Shown here: positions 12,311 through 25,454 of the stretch, piece after piece
Layout of the letters: each line of letters begins with the position of its first letter
How positions within the stretch are numbered: position 1 is the stretch's first letter
Assembly: GCF_001194135.2 (NCBI RefSeq)
Contig: NC_068983.1
Span: 137,441,317-137,505,316 of the forward strand
Direction: 5' to 3'
DNA length: 64,000 nucleotides
Source: Octopus bimaculoides
Taxonomy: Eukaryota
Notes under the pieces: model-generated
The model's input: the letters and a program-made list of their open reading frames with translations, nothing else
Databases searched by the model: none
Told to the model about the DNA's origin: nothing
Position numbers and translations under genes: made by a program

Positions 12311-14046
12311 TCACCAATCTCAAAAGGCCTGTGAGAGACTGAGGCTCTGCCCCATTCTCCAGACTCTGCAAGTTAGAAGAAAATTACTTTCAATTTTTGC
12401 TAGAAGGATTTTTTTTTTTTTTTGTATAAGATAATGGCAAACTAATACACTTTTATCCCTTGTGTGCTCAAAATACTTATTTTGAGTATTTTAAAAATTG
12501 GAGATAAGTTTGTTGTATTATGGGATTTAATTTTCATAAAACAAGCTATGAAACCTTTGTATGTCTGAGGTATTACGGTGCAAAATTAAAACATTACTAC
12601 TATTCTCATATTGAGTCACAGTACCCTGCGAAATTAATAAACCTTTTCCATAACCTTTTTTGGGCTGTAACCTAGTTTCATATAAACATTTCTAATATTA
12701 GCAAGGATAACAGTCACTTAGAAGAAACATAGCAAAAATATATAATTTTGATTGAAGTTTAATCCCAAATTAGACTGATTGAGCAGACATATAATCAATG
12801 AATGACATTGACTCATAGCCATCTTAAATTCTGTAAGGTAGTGAATATGGTTTGAAGGAAATAGGACTGCTTTTTCTAGCAAGTTAGCAATCTCTTAGAT
12901 CTTGTTTCATCTCTTTGTATTTTATTAGAACTATTTTACATGTTGATTGAAAGGAATCTTTTTAACACAATCCCCTGATCTGTAGTCATATGAGAAAACT
13001 ATGATGCGTGTAAAATATCTTGCAGAAAGAAAAAAAAAGGGTTAGGATCACCAACAAGATTATTGATATATCTGGCTATTTACTGAATATCTAAGTACTT
13101 TGCATGAGCATCTCAAATTACTAGCTATCAGCTGAGTCTTGGGCATTTAATTTCCTATTGAGCCATTTCATCTAACTTCTTCCATGTGCCTGCATTTTTC
13201 AGTTGTAATCAATAGATGAAGGAACCATATCTTAGAGCCTTGTGTCAAGCTATTTATGGAGCTTGCTGTTAAATTTTGTCTTTGGGATATATAGAATTAG
13301 CATGTAGAATTGTTGGCAACAGTTTTATTCTATGAAAGTTATTACAAGATTCTAGCTTGTGCAAAAGTAAATGTTATCTTTAAGTGATTGAAGAGCTTGT
13401 TGAATCAATCACTCTGTTAGATGTGAAGTATTTAATGTTTATTTCTGTATAAAGGATATAGTTATCTAGCAAATTTGGATGAAAATTAACTGTAGATTTT
13501 AACTATATCTGGTATTAAATTTTGTTGTCCAGAGAATTGCACTGAGAATTACCTCCCTTCAATTAGTTACATATTGACTATACTCACATTTTGAATATGA
13601 GTGATTTTTATCTGGTTATAGAGTAAAAATTAATTTCATTCATGAAGTTTATTTGTACTAGTTGGAACATAAGCTTCTATATTTGCTTTGTAACTGAATC
13701 ATGTTTTAACCCATTAGCATATGGATTACTTCTATCAAATGCAATGCTTATTTGTTTACATTGTTTTAAATTAATCATGCATTATGTCATATTGTCTACA
13801 TTTTGCTGGTGTGAATACTTATTTTTAGAATGACATTGTATGGCAGGTGTGAGAGGTCAGATCTGTCAAATCTGAACATAAAACAGGATATTTGGGCCAG
13901 ATAAGGCCAGGTTAGATGGCATAACTCTTTTAAATGTATATTTTTCACACAATATGTACATCTCAGAAGTCATTGTAAGTTTTCAATTTGATCTGAGGTT
14001 ATTTTGTTTTGTTAATTTGACAAATAAAAGTTTGTACAAGATTATA

Positions 14047-14250
14047 CAGCGTTGGCCAAAAGTCACCTGATAGTAAGTCAAAACCATTTAATTCTAAGAT
14101 TTGAATTTAATAACAGCATCTAAATATGAAACATGAAAATTGTTCAAACTGAAGTCCTTCTTGAGTAACACATTTTTGTATTCAATACAGAATTACAGAT
14201 AGTATTTCTGGAATTTTGATTTGCTATCAGGTGACTTTTGGCCAACCTTG
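14047..14250. mobile_element. Tc1/mariner-type MITE
   Basis: ~27-bp TIRs (CAGCGTTGGCCAAAAGTCACCTGATAG and inverse CTATCAGGTGACTTTTGGCCAACCTTG) flanked by TA. Confidence 0.75.
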
Positions 14251-15027
14251 TATATACATACAATAAGATCAAAAGATCCTCTCTGAGCCTTAGGCTCAAG
14301 GCTGATTTCCTTGATTCTAATCACCCCCTGAGCAGGACACCTGTCCGCTGCAGGATTGCTCACTTTTGCCAGTTGAATGGACTGGAGCAACATAAAAATT
14401 AAGTGTTTTGCTCATTAACACAGCACATTGCCTAGTCCAGGGTTATCTTACCATGGGTGCAACACACTAACCACTAAACCACATTCACACACACTCTGAC
14501 TCTCTTCCCAGCTTGAAGTTTGAGCTACATAATTTATAGAAGCTCTCTCAGTGCTAGAATGAGTTTTCTGATTGCTCTTGTTTTCTAGTTGCTTCAGGTG
14601 AAAAGAATTCAGCTTTGCAAATTTAGTTGAGGGTCATTCTATTACTTTTGCTGAGTTGTTCCAATAGGCCAACATATTGATAACTTGCTGTGGAAAAAAA
14701 ATATGAAACATTATGTGGGAGACTTATTATATTGGTGATTTCTGAATCTGTTGAACTGTGATAGCCATTTAACATACAAAACTGGCATCCAGTTATACCA
14801 TTATTCACCTTGATTTCTGTGGCAGACATTCTGTATTGATCATGACTTGACCTGGTGATGTGTATCTAGTAAATACATTCAATTCCATTCTGCCATAATT
14901 TTTTTCATTGACTTTTGTAAATTGAGGTGGCCCTTTTTTTATATTTAAGGTAACTGATCTTCGTGACTCATTGTGGCATTGTATTACTTACTGAAAGTGG
15001 AGGGTGTGAATGTAATTATGTGTTCTA

Positions 15028-15077
<50 letters not shown>

Positions 15078-17031
15078 GGAATTTCATCTTCTAGATGCTA
15101 TTAAGGAATTTTCTTATCAAATACTCAAATACTCTCTTATATATGGCTACGATGCATCAATTTTTAGAATTTTTTTGATCAGACTATGTAAATTTAAAGT
15201 TTCATCATACACTCATACATGCAGTATCCTATCTGTAATACAGTTGCATTAGATTGTGCAGCAGTTTTTTTTTTTTTTGTTACATTCAGGAATAAAAATG
15301 TGCATTTCTGGCATATATGATATTCATGTATATACCTACAGTTACTCTTTTTCCACCTCCCTAATATCCATTTCTGATTTTTCTGTCATCATTGTCCTCT
15401 TTCCAAATTCAGATATCTTGATTTTTGTGTTCTCAATACCCAAAGGTTTTGGTCTCTACTCTGCAATAAATTATCTCCTTTGCATTGCTTAGCAATTGTG
15501 TGGTTCTAAATAGCAATGTTCATGTAATTGGAAAAAGTATTTGGTGTTCTATTTTCCTCATCAGAGCTTTCCGTTTTACAAGAAGATGAATGTCCAGTTT
15601 GACAGTGAATCATCATCTTCATCATCATTTAATTTCCGTTTTCCATGATGGCATGGGTTGGACAGTTTTACTCAAAACTGGTAAGCCAGGGAGCTGCACC
15701 AGGTTCCGATCTGAATTGGCAAAATTTATACAGCTAAATGCCCTTCCAAATGCCATTGTTTTGTTTTTTGTCTGAGATTCCAAGGGCTTGGCACCTTTAT
15801 AATAGGAAGATCATTTTACAACATACATTTAAATATAATGAAAGTCTTTCCAGAGATGTAACTCCACATAAAAATTCTTGAGATTAAGTTTGTGGACACA
15901 TTTTATTTTAGAGCATGGAAGACAGTGATTCGGAATCACATAAACCGTTAACTTCACTTAATCATTTATTAGTTTCAACAGTCTTCATTTGATATCCAGT
16001 TGCAACACTGAATTACAATGGAATTTTGTCAGTGACTAGGTTGCAGATGATGAGATGAAAATTTTGATACCAAATAAGTGATGAAGTATGTAGTTAAGAA
16101 GCTTGCTTCCCAACCATTCAGTATTGGGTTCTGTCCCACTACTCTACACCATGGGCAAGTGTCTTCTACTTTCGCCTTGGGTCGACCAACGTCGCTTGTG
16201 GGTTTGGTAGGTGGAAACTGAAAGAAGTGCATCGTGTGTGTACCATTGTCTAGACCTCACATGATGGTTGTACATAAGCATCATCGTCACCTATGAAAAA
16301 CATGTCTGGCTATGAGAACATATTTCCTTGCTTGGAAACATGAAGAATGGCGACAAGAAGGGTATTTGGCCACAGAAAAATCTACCTCAACAAATTCCCT
16401 CTGACTCATACTAACATGGCAAAGCAGACGTTAAATTATACACACATTGTTATATTATCACGGAATTGTTTGGGATTGTATAACGTTTATTTTGTGTATC
16501 ATGGGGTACAAAAATAAATTTTAATGTTACCAGATATAACATATTTGATCTCTATACAATTAAACACATTTTAAAGTTGACTGAGCCAAGATGAATTACC
16601 TGTGGTACCTTTCGTTGTCAACGTGGAAGTGACATTTTATTGAGTAATGTCTCCGCAGTTATTATTGGCTAGTGTAGGTTTGAAGGACAACAGGTACAAA
16701 ATTGCAACTATCAGGGAATATGGACGTTGTAGATCTTTTATTCCATAATGGATACAAAAATAACTTCATTATCTCAGCACATCCGATGTGCTGGTCTGAA
16801 TAGGTTTTGTGTAATGTGATAAAGATAAGGGACTTTTTTTGTCTACTCAATATTTATAATGACGGGTTGTTAATCGTCTTACAGAGTAATTTGCCTCTGA
16901 ATCAAGGCAACAACAATAAATTCTGTAGCGATTTTAGTTGTGGTTATTTATATCAGTTTTCATTTCATCACCGCCTCTCACCTGTGTGTTCTACGTGAAG
17001 TTCTGTTAGTGTATGTGCCCAAACTTCACAC

Positions 17032-17041
17032 GTCACGTGAC
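17032..17041. promoter_or_regulatory. GTCACGTGAC E-box (USF/MiT-type) in the CpG-rich region upstream of V2
   Basis: Perfect 10-bp palindrome, with a second CACGTG and GCCGCCAT within 80 bp. Confidence 0.5.
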
Positions 17042-17488
17042 AGACTAGTTGCCTCATTTTGAACTAATACTGGAGCGGAGATCATATCACGTGGCTATTG
17101 CCGCCATGTCGCTTTGTTCACGACGGAGCCCCGCCACGACTAATTACTTACTACCGTTAGTAACACTAGCACCCTTACTTCCAATACCTGCTATGTTCTA
17201 ACTGCCGGGATTGGACAACTTTCACTCAGTTCAGTACGAACGTACTTTACCGAATTAGCATAGTAATGCTGTAATGAAATGAATGTGTATGTGCCCGAAA
17301 CGCACACTGCAGCTGTCAATCTATGAAATTGTAAAATTTAATAAACAAATTAACAATTCTATTTTCTGACTAAATTAAACGGTCAATATCAAAGCTAACT
17401 GTCAACTTGTGACTTTCTTAATCTCCTTTAAAAAAACCTTTTGTCAAACGGGAAGTTTTTAATTCTCCTCCGCCGTGTACTTCAACTA

Positions 17489-17665
17489 ATGGGAAGGCCA
17501 AAGAAATATGCCACCGACGAGGAGCGTCGTGCTGCAAAAGCCTTGAGAGAGAGGGATCGGAGAGAGAGAGAAACTGCAGAAAAAAGGAGCAGACGTTTGG
17601 AAAAAATGAGAACGTCTGCACTAAGGAGAAGACAGAAACGTGCTAGTGCTGGCAATGTTGCTAAG
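17489..17665 (+). CDS. Variable exon V2: AT-hook-like GRPKK plus STPR-like charged helix (59 aa), phase-0 donor
   Basis: MGRPKKYATDEERRAAKALRERDRRERETAEKRSRRLEKMRTSALRRRQKRASAGNVAK. Donor AAG|GTAAAG at 17665/17666. Confidence 0.7.
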
Positions 17666-18485
17666 GTAAAGTATTTCTTAACGTGTGTGAATGAGAGATA
17701 GGTGGAGGGGTGCGAAAGTAGTGGGTAAACCCACGGTCGTTTCCTTGGTTACTAACATGTCGAAACGGCGGAACATAGTTTATACGCTACAAGAACATGT
17801 TCAAAATTTTCTTTCAGTTACTGCTGTTTTTAGGTATTAACCTAAAGCGTTGTAGCCGTACTATCCAATCAATATATCGTTTAATAGACGTTAGAATTAT
17901 CTAATAAAATAAAAGGAAATACTTTTCATATAAATTATATATTACGATATGTTGACTGGTGTGTCGCGGTTAGATTGCCTTTGTTCAATTTCCTATTTTA
18001 GCGTTTATTGAAAATCAAGAAAAATTTTACGAAGTGTGTGTTCTTGTTAGCAGCGTTTAAGCAAACTATACATTTCATTATTTCCGTTTCGGCTTTACGC
18101 GTTACTTCTGAATAGTTTTAACGAGTTAGTAAGATAAGAAACAACCATTCTCTGAAGCAAGTTAAGATTTGTGGGGAGTATAATTCTGGTTCTTTGTCTC
18201 AGTAAGATAATTTGATAGTTGGTGGTGATGTTATATCGAATACGCCGTTTTTTCCCCTCTTTTGTGTGTTTATCTGAAGCGATCACAACTACTTTGAAAT
18301 GGAATTTGGATTCCAAATAATATAGATTTTTAAACAGATTTTTCATTGTAGATTTTGAAAAATAAAATACGGCACAACTGAACCATAAGATTATATGAGG
18401 TAGGGTAATTAGTTTCTTCACTTGTATCTCACTTTTTGCGTCTTTCACCTCCTCTTACCCTTACGTAAATCGTATTTGTAAGTCT

Positions 18486-18560
18486 AAGTGAGCACACGTG
18501 ACTTTCAAAGTGAGCGCACGTGACTTTCAAAGTGAGAATAGAGACTTCAAAGTGAGGACA
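18486..18560 (+). repeat. 22-bp tandem repeat (2 near-perfect units plus degenerate ones) carrying CACGTGAC, directly upstream of V3
   Basis: AAGTGAGCACACGTGACTTTCA / AAGTGAGCGCACGTGACTTTCA / AAGTGAGAATAGAGACTTCA / AAGTGAGGACAC. Confidence 0.85.
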
Positions 18561-18609
18561 CATTTCATTTGCGTGACTTAAACAGCTTCGATAAAGTGAT
18601 TTTTTTGCA

Positions 18610-19002
18610 ATGCCTCGGCAAGCCGCATCCAGTGGACGTGGAACAAAAAAGCCGCCTGTGTCCAACGCCGCACGCAATCAACTCATAGATTGTTATGATC
18701 GTGGATCGAACTACAAGGACTTTGCTAAATCCATGGGAATTAATTTAAAGACTGCAAGCAGAATAATTTTAGACTATATAAAAACGGGCAAACGAGAAGC
18801 ATTACTCAAAGGCGGTAGATGCAATGTGAAAGTTGATGATGAGATGCGTGCCTACTTGTACGAAGCAATAAATAACAATCCATCTATCACCTTGCGGAAG
18901 ATAAATGAGGGTATGAGATTGAATTTGCCACAAAAACCACTTGTAAGCGATGGATGCATTTCACGAACTCTTGATCGCATGCTGCTAACAAGAAAAAAAT
19001 TG
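18610..19002 (+). CDS. Variable exon V3: Tc1/IS630-type transposase N-terminal bipartite HTH (131 aa), phase-0 donor
   Basis: RNQLIDCYDRGSNYKDFAKSMGINLKTASRIIL...KGGR...NPSITLRKI...VSDGCISRTLDRMLLTRKKL stops where the DDE domain would begin. Donor TTG|GTGTGT at 19002/19003 is weaker than the others. Confidence 0.75.
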
Positions 19003-20119
19003 GTGTGTAATATAAGTATTGAATTTTGTCGTAATTGTTTTTAAATGATTCTGTATAAATAGAACGAAGAAGTATCGTTATTTTCTCATTTATCAAAAAT
19101 GAATCCAAGAAATGTGGAGGGAGGGGTCGAAAAGCTTCCAAATATTTTACAAAGAAAACAGTTGGATGTTCAGTTTAATTTTTCATTTCCTTAAGAAGTT
19201 TAAAAAAAAAAAAAGAAACTAGCAACAAGCTAGTTATAACTATACTGTGGACGGCTAATTGTAGTATTTTATATATATAAATAAGGTACATAATAATCAT
19301 AGATACGAACATTCACATACTTATACATGCACACACATACTCAGAGGTTCACCGTCCCATTTCCATTGCACACACATTCACATACCTCCCTTTTACATAC
19401 ACACATACAGAGTTGAAACGCTGATTTTTTTTCTCTCACCCCTTCCTTTGTTATTCATTTATCACCCCTTACTTTCTCATATGTTGTGACGGAGAAAGAC
19501 GGAAGATACACGACGCGCTCTTTGCTACTTCCTTTCTCTCGCTCAGTCAGCGCTATTACTCTTACTTCACTGAATTACTATTTTCCCTCCTCTCCCTTCA
19601 CTTATACTACTTTTTCTCCTACTTTGTGGACAAATATATATAAAAACACTGCGGTCATTATATTAGGAGATAAATCGAAATCAGCTACATCACTGGTTCA
19701 CTCTTGCGGTATAGTTTCACATTGCAGTTTAAATTAGTTCACTTCTGTCTCTGGTGCTCATGAGACAGGCATGAACGTCATGCATACTCTTCCTGTACAC
19801 GTGCACAACTGATTATCGGCTCCGTTGTCAGTTGCTTGTTTATGATGCTAGGAAGCATCATGTATATTCCTGAATTTATGAACCTGGTCTCAGATCTTTA
19901 TTCCTTTTCTATTTTCAATCTCCAAATGGTGTGAATATTGAAATTAAAAACTAAAATAATTATCGATTTATGTAAACTAATTCAAATGCCTTTTTTTTTT
20001 TTTTTAGCTCAATTTTTGTTTGAATTCCATAGGTAAACGTATTTTGTGTTTCGAGAGTAGTTGGAAGTTTGTGCCAAATAAGCAAGAGAGCACATTATAA
20101 AAAGCAGGAGTGGGAGTTG

Positions 20120-20128
20120 GCGCATGCG
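20120..20128. promoter_or_regulatory. NRF1-like GCGCATGCG motif upstream of V4
   Basis: About 100 bp upstream of the V4 ATG, with TATAAAA about 25 bp further upstream. Confidence 0.45.
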
Positions 20129-20229
20129 TATCGTTTATTTGGCCGACATATCTCTATTCTTCGCTGGAATATTTTTCTATCTTAATACTTCTTTCTTTAT
20201 TATTATTCATATTATTTCATACTGTAGTC

Positions 20230-20565
20230 ATGCCAGCTTGTGTTGTGGTAGGTTGTAAAGTAAGGGCTACCAAAGAAAATTCTGCGCTCGGCTTGCGGTT
20301 GCATAGATTCCCGCGAAACCCTCATCGGCGTCAGTTGTGGGTAAATGCTATAAACAGGCCAGACTGGATTGCTAGCGACAACGACCGTATCTGTGGCTTG
20401 CATTTCCACAGCCGATACCCCGTTCGTAATACAGCCAGTATTGATTATGTCCCTACAATATTTTCATCAAGGCCACAGGATGAATCTAACTTTGTTACCG
20501 AACAAAGACTGAAATGTTTCAACACTGTAAACAACAGTGCCACGAGATATCCTGATAATGTGATT
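20230..20565 (+). CDS. Variable exon V4: THAP domain (112 aa), phase-0 donor
   Basis: MPACVVVGC...HRFP...LWVNAI...ICGLHF...VPTIF has a complete C2CH signature. Acceptor CTGTAG|TCATG; donor ATT|GTAAGT at 20565/20566. Confidence 0.9.
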
Positions 20566-21557
20566 GTAAGTTTGTTGGGTTCCATGTTATACGATCATGT
20601 AATGTCATTTTTAAGTCAGGGATTTCATTTGGAAAGTTCTTTTTTTTATCAGTTACGCAACTTTATTTTTGTCATGTACTTTTCTATACCCTTGTTTAAT
20701 GTAAAGGGCTTATCTAGTTTTATAATTAAATAATATGCCGCTCACATCACTAACTTTAATAGGCAGTATAGTGACATCCACCAACTTACAATAAAGTATA
20801 AAATTTACTAATTGCTGCACATAATTAGAGAAATAAGTTGGTTAGATTGCATTAGCCTATGGATGTGACTGCTATTTCACACACAAGCTCCTTCAATTGA
20901 CTCGATCCACTTTGCAGTTTCCTCTTAAAATCTTTTGCAAGGGATGTGCCATACCTCATAAAGTTTCCTTATCTGTTTAAATTCTTGGATTTAATTACTT
21001 GTCCTATAAAGTTGATCTATGTCTTGTATATCCTATAATTGTCGGTTACTTTTGCAGAATACCCTAACACAATAGTTATCTGATTTAACATAAACCCAGC
21101 AAATATGAGGGGAGTGGTTTAGTCGATACCATTGACAGTATGAATGAAAATGTAATATGTATTCTATAAATATATTACTATTCTTCTTCCTTTCTTACAA
21201 TTTAAATACTGCTGTTTGAATTTAAGATTTTAAATACAAACGAAATATACATTCATACACTTAATATTTATATGTACATTGCCACAAGTTAAGTTGAAAA
21301 TATGTAGGAAAGTAATACAATATTAAACTTTACAACTCACATCATTCTGTTATTGAAAGCGAACGAGTATACTATATTAAAGCTTTCGTTGTAGTTTATC
21401 TATCCGGGTATGTTTGTTTTTTGTTTTTCTGTTGTTTTTTTTAGAATTTTAGTTCATTTACGAAGCTAAAATATTGGTTGATCTTTTCAAATTACAAGTT
21501 ACATTTTTAGACGATTTAATAAATCGTCTGTTGTGGCCTTAAAGCAAATCCATTACT

Positions 21558-21700
21558 ATGGGTTGCTCTGTTTTCCTAGGGTGACTGACTAATCGCTTTC
21601 TTGGAATTTCTGTTCTGGTACAATCTTGATTGACTAGTTTTTCAAATGAGTGTCTTCATGATATTCATTCTGCTTTGTGCTCGCCACAAATCGAAATTTG
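21558..21700 (+). pseudogene. Possible strongly decayed THAP pseudo-exon
   Basis: MGCSVFLG*LTNRFLGIS...HSALCS in one frame with stops. The conserved W is missing and the spacing is short. Confidence 0.3.
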
Positions 21701-21840
21701 ATTTTTATTTTCTTTCGAAGCAGTTCTCCTTCAGCTCGGAAATAATCTAACAAAGCATGAAATATTTGATTTAGTCTTTGCTTAATTTCATTGAATATTG
21801 CACGCTGAAGGCTTTTTTATTTCCTCTTCTAAATGACGTT

Positions 21841-21861
21841 TTGCGCAAATTAGTGACGTCA
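21841..21861. promoter_or_regulatory. Adjacent C/EBP-type (TTGCGCAA) and CRE (TGACGTCA) palindromes
   Basis: TTGCGCAA at 21841-21848 and TGACGTCA at 21854-21861, upstream of the decayed THAP at 22027. Confidence 0.5.
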
Positions 21862-22026
21862 TTATGACGCCCTTACATCTATGACAAAGTAGTCTAGAAA
21901 TGGCATTTGGGACCTCGTGTTTGTGTTGTTCTTTGACCTCACCCCCATCGGGTTTTTTTCTTTTCTTTAGAAACTACACATTTGTAGAAAATAGGTTGGC
22001 AAAAGAAAAACAAGCTCCTTGTTACC

Positions 22027-22220
22027 ATGGTTACCTGCTGTGTTCTCTGTGGCTGTTAAGGGACGATGGCGTTTACCATAAGTTTCCGCGTTTTTTTAAT
22101 AAATTTGAGGTCTACATTGAATTTGTCCGTACTTTCAAAATATCGTCTATCTTCAATCTATCTAGCTTGATCCGTATTAAATTAGGTCTATGCATAGATT
22201 CCATACCAACTATACTTTAG
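22027..22220 (+). pseudogene. Decayed THAP variable exon (pseudo-exon)
   Basis: MVTCCVLCGC* then, after a frameshift, RDDGVYHKFPRFF...EFVR...DSIPTIL*. THAP start, HxFP and PTI motifs are present; W and CSxH are lost. Confidence 0.6.
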
Positions 22221-23517
22221 TCGACGAAGAAACAGCCTCTAGTAAAAGTACAGTTATGTCGCCGTCAGGAAAGAAAAGTTACAGCCGCTCCATGTAGGTG
22301 ATGACCAGTCAACATACTTGTGTTAGGCGCCTACGTTCTACTCCTGTTTTGTAATGACTCATTATTCGTGGACAGAATCATTTTATTTTAGGCTACTTTT
22401 CCAGAATTCCCGTCTTTTCAATCAATTCTAATTTTTTAGATTCCTCTTCAACATCTATCTCATGAGACTGCATTCAGGAGATACTGTAAATTTTTTTAAT
22501 TTGGACGTTCAAATTTTGGCTGCTGTTAAAGCATATAGAGCAGCAAACACTATTAGGATGCTTTTTTTTGGGGGGGGGGTAATAGAAGAAGTGTATTGTA
22601 TTGAACATTAGATGTGTTTATCTAGAGCTTCAAACGGAATTTAAGTGTAAATATATAAATAATTTTAACATTTTTGAAATAGTTTATGCACCCTGAAATT
22701 AATGTGCTAAACCACTACTGTAATAGATGGGATGGTGGGGGGGGGGGGTCAAGCTGTACGTCATAAGTAGTAGAGAGACTGAATTCAAGATCTGCTTAAA
22801 GGTGGTTGCTTTCGTGTATGTATGTGTGTGTGTATATATAAATTTGTATAAACTGTCTGGCGTTGAAGCAGGCTATTTTCTTTTAGTGAGTACTTTACCA
22901 TCGTTGTTAGTCAAGTTATTCTACAAGTCAAATTTTTAAAAAATATGAAATGAAAAATAAACGGAAATGGATATTCATTCGGGGTATAGTTACTGCGTTC
23001 ATTAAGAGTACATTGTTGTATAGATGTATGTTTATGCATACCCAGGTAACGTAAGATACGTCTAGATAGAGTTGTTTTGTTAATGTATCTTTCATTTTTA
23101 TTGAAATTTCAGTTTTTACGGTATTCGGTTTTGTTTAAAAGAAATATATTAGGCAGTAAATATTCGAAGAAGAAAATTAATAACGGGAGACAGCTTTGTA
23201 GGCCACCATCTTTAATGCGAATTTAGATAATGCGATTTAGTGAGTGTATCTGATTTTTCTATCTCCTACTTTTCTCTTAGCTGTAATGTGAAATGTTGGT
23301 TTTATTTCGGGGCGGGAGGTGGGAATGAGTGGAAGAGGAGAGAGAGAGAGATCAGTTGGCGCGTGTGGCCTTGTGGGAAAGAAGTTTAGATTGCTTGGTT
23401 ATCTAGCGTTCCTAGATTTAGAACACCACTGCTAAGTTAGTCTATCCTGCCGGTTACTTGTTAGTGTTTTGCATTTTCCTCGTATTGTCTGTTTTTGCAT
23501 ATGTTTATCATCGCGCC

Positions 23518-23970
23518 ATGTCTTTACGTACAGCTTCTAGTTCTTTTACGAAACGTAAACGAACCTATTTGACATTAGAGACCAAGTTAGAGATTCTTGG
23601 ACGGGCCGAATCTGGAGAAGGTTCATCTGCATTAGGCCGTATGTTCGGTGTTGGAGAGAGCACTATTCGTTCGATAAAAAAAAATGCTGACAAAATAAAG
23701 AATTCCGTGTTATACTCCTCGCCGTTTTCTGGAACGGTAACCAGGATAGGGAATACCGCGTTAAAAAGAACTGAAAAGGTGCTTGGAACTTGGATAACGA
23801 AACAGCTACAAAACAAGAAGTTTAGCCTCAGCACGATATGTATTAGAGACAAAGCACTGGCTATTTACGAGCGTTTTGTTCAAGACCAGGGTGGAAGTTA
23901 CGAACCTTTTGTTGCTAGTAAAGGATGGTTAAACAATTTTCTAAAGCGTACAGGCTTTGATTCGTTAAAG
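23518..23970 (+). CDS. Variable exon V5: CENP-B/pogo (Tigger-type) psq-HTH plus Tc5-HTH (151 aa), phase-0 donor
   Basis: KRKRTYLTLETKLEIL...GVGESTIRSIKKN...IRDKALAIY...FVASKGWLNNFLKR, truncated before the DDE domain. Donor AAG|GTAAAT at 23970/23971. GC-box at 23309. Confidence 0.92.
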
Positions 23971-24234
23971 GTAAATTCCATTAATACTCGTTTAATTGTC
24001 AAATATCGTTGCATGTTTGCATGATAATTTCAACGAATGCCCTTTTTTTTTTCCATAACTATATTTCGTACGTTTCCGGATATTTCCGGAGTAACCTCCC
24101 CACTCGTAATGACATCACTTTAGTGCAACACTGTCGCCATCTTTGTGTGATCTCTGTTAGTTAAGATTTACAGCAGTTCATGTAAAAAGAGAAAAAAGTC
24201 CATACTCTTAGGATTGAAATTTAAATGGTAGCAA

Positions 24235-24546
24235 ATGGTTCACTGTGTTGCTTTCGGTTGCAGTAATCAAACAGGAAGTGGTAGAAGTTTTTTCCGCTTT
24301 CCTGACAGCAACACAAGGCCACATATATACAAGGAATGGTTATCAAGGGTTAATCGGGCAGAATTTATCCCTTCGAAATACTCTAGTTTGTGTTCGGATC
24401 ACTTCGAACGAAACTGCTATGTAAAAGACCCTAATTTACTCAAGCACTGGGGCATCAAAATAAAACAACGACTTAAACCAGACGCGGTACCAACTATCTT
24501 CAACTTCAAACCAATCCGACGACGAGGAGCGAAGAAGCGGTTTGAG
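24235..24546 (+). CDS. Variable exon V6: THAP domain (104 aa), phase-0 donor
   Basis: MVHCVAFGCSN...FFRFP...EWL...LCSDHF...RLKPDAVPTIF followed by basic RRRGAKKR. Donor GAG|GTAGAT at 24546/24547. YY1-like CGCCATCTT at 24135. Confidence 0.9.
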
Positions 24547-24905
24547 GTAGATACAATAAAAATATCACTTGTATCGGTCGTGTGATGTAACCTGGCTTGA
24601 TTACAAATTTAGCGAGCGCATTTAGTTTCGTCATTCCGTACATATTTACATTTCTTAATTAGAAATGTCTTACTTTTTTTCTTTCTCTCCTTTGTTTTTT
24701 TACTTTCGGATTTTTTTTCATATTTTAGCTGCTTACCTTTTTTTTTCATATTTTGTCAACGACTTCTGCAGTTGCATCCCTTGGACGTCACGTGATAGGT
24801 GAAGGCATAGTCATTTCCGTTCAGTTATCATAAATTCTTGTTTGCCTGCCTTTTTGGAGGGTTGCCTAACGAGCTTGGTTCGTGTCGTTTATATATTTTT
24901 TAATA

Positions 24906-25280
24906 ATGGAGCCTACTTGCAAGGCAAAGTGGTGGTGTATTGTACATCAGTGTAGCTCTGATTCGCGCAAGAATGTTAGTCTCTATCCATTCATGCGTGG
25001 TGTTCGCTTTTTCCCCTTTCCTACTGCCAAGAAAGATCCGTACATGCGTCAACTTTGGACGCAGCTAGTAAGACGTGGTGACAACTGGGATGGTCCAAAA
25101 AAACATCATCGCGTTTGCTCTAGACACTTTAAAGATGGAGAGCCTAGCCCTCAAAATCCTGCTCCGACTATTTTCCCATGGACACCTGCTCAAACAATCT
25201 TTCCTAAAATTGATTTTAGAGCTCGGGACAGTAAAAAGCTCTATGGTGGTAAAGCCACTTTGGAGTTTCCTCTTCCTCAA
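24906..25280 (+). CDS. Variable exon V7: THAP domain (125 aa), phase-0 donor
   Basis: WCIVHQC...FFPFP...LWTQLVRR...VCSRHF...PAPTIFPW. Donor CAA|GTAAGT at 25280/25281. GTCACGTGA at 24787. Confidence 0.9.
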
Positions 25281-25454
25281 GTAAGTTTTTCTTTTACCAC
25301 TTGAGTGTCTTAAACTAGGCTTTATTGGATTCTACTAAATATTTCATATCCTGCATATATCAGCGATTCTTATATTTAAGGTATTGCAAGTGTTTACGAA
25401 TGTCCGTTATTTTTCTTTTGATTTATCGATTGTAGGAACTTGGCTTGCCTTCCA

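Noticed and set aside
18095-18448. 117-aa minus ORF between V2 and V3
   Set aside because: AT-biased composition (I/K/L/F/Y) with no motif or good splice signals.
18486-18560. CRISPR-like array
   Set aside because: Head-to-tail repeats without unique spacers, in a eukaryotic context with no cas genes.
20110-20229. ORF-track N-terminal extensions of V4 (similarly V5, V7, V8, V11, V12) suggesting hydrophobic or transmembrane leaders
   Set aside because: They translate T-rich UTR or polypyrimidine sequence from alternative starts; the domain-proximal ATGs are more plausible.
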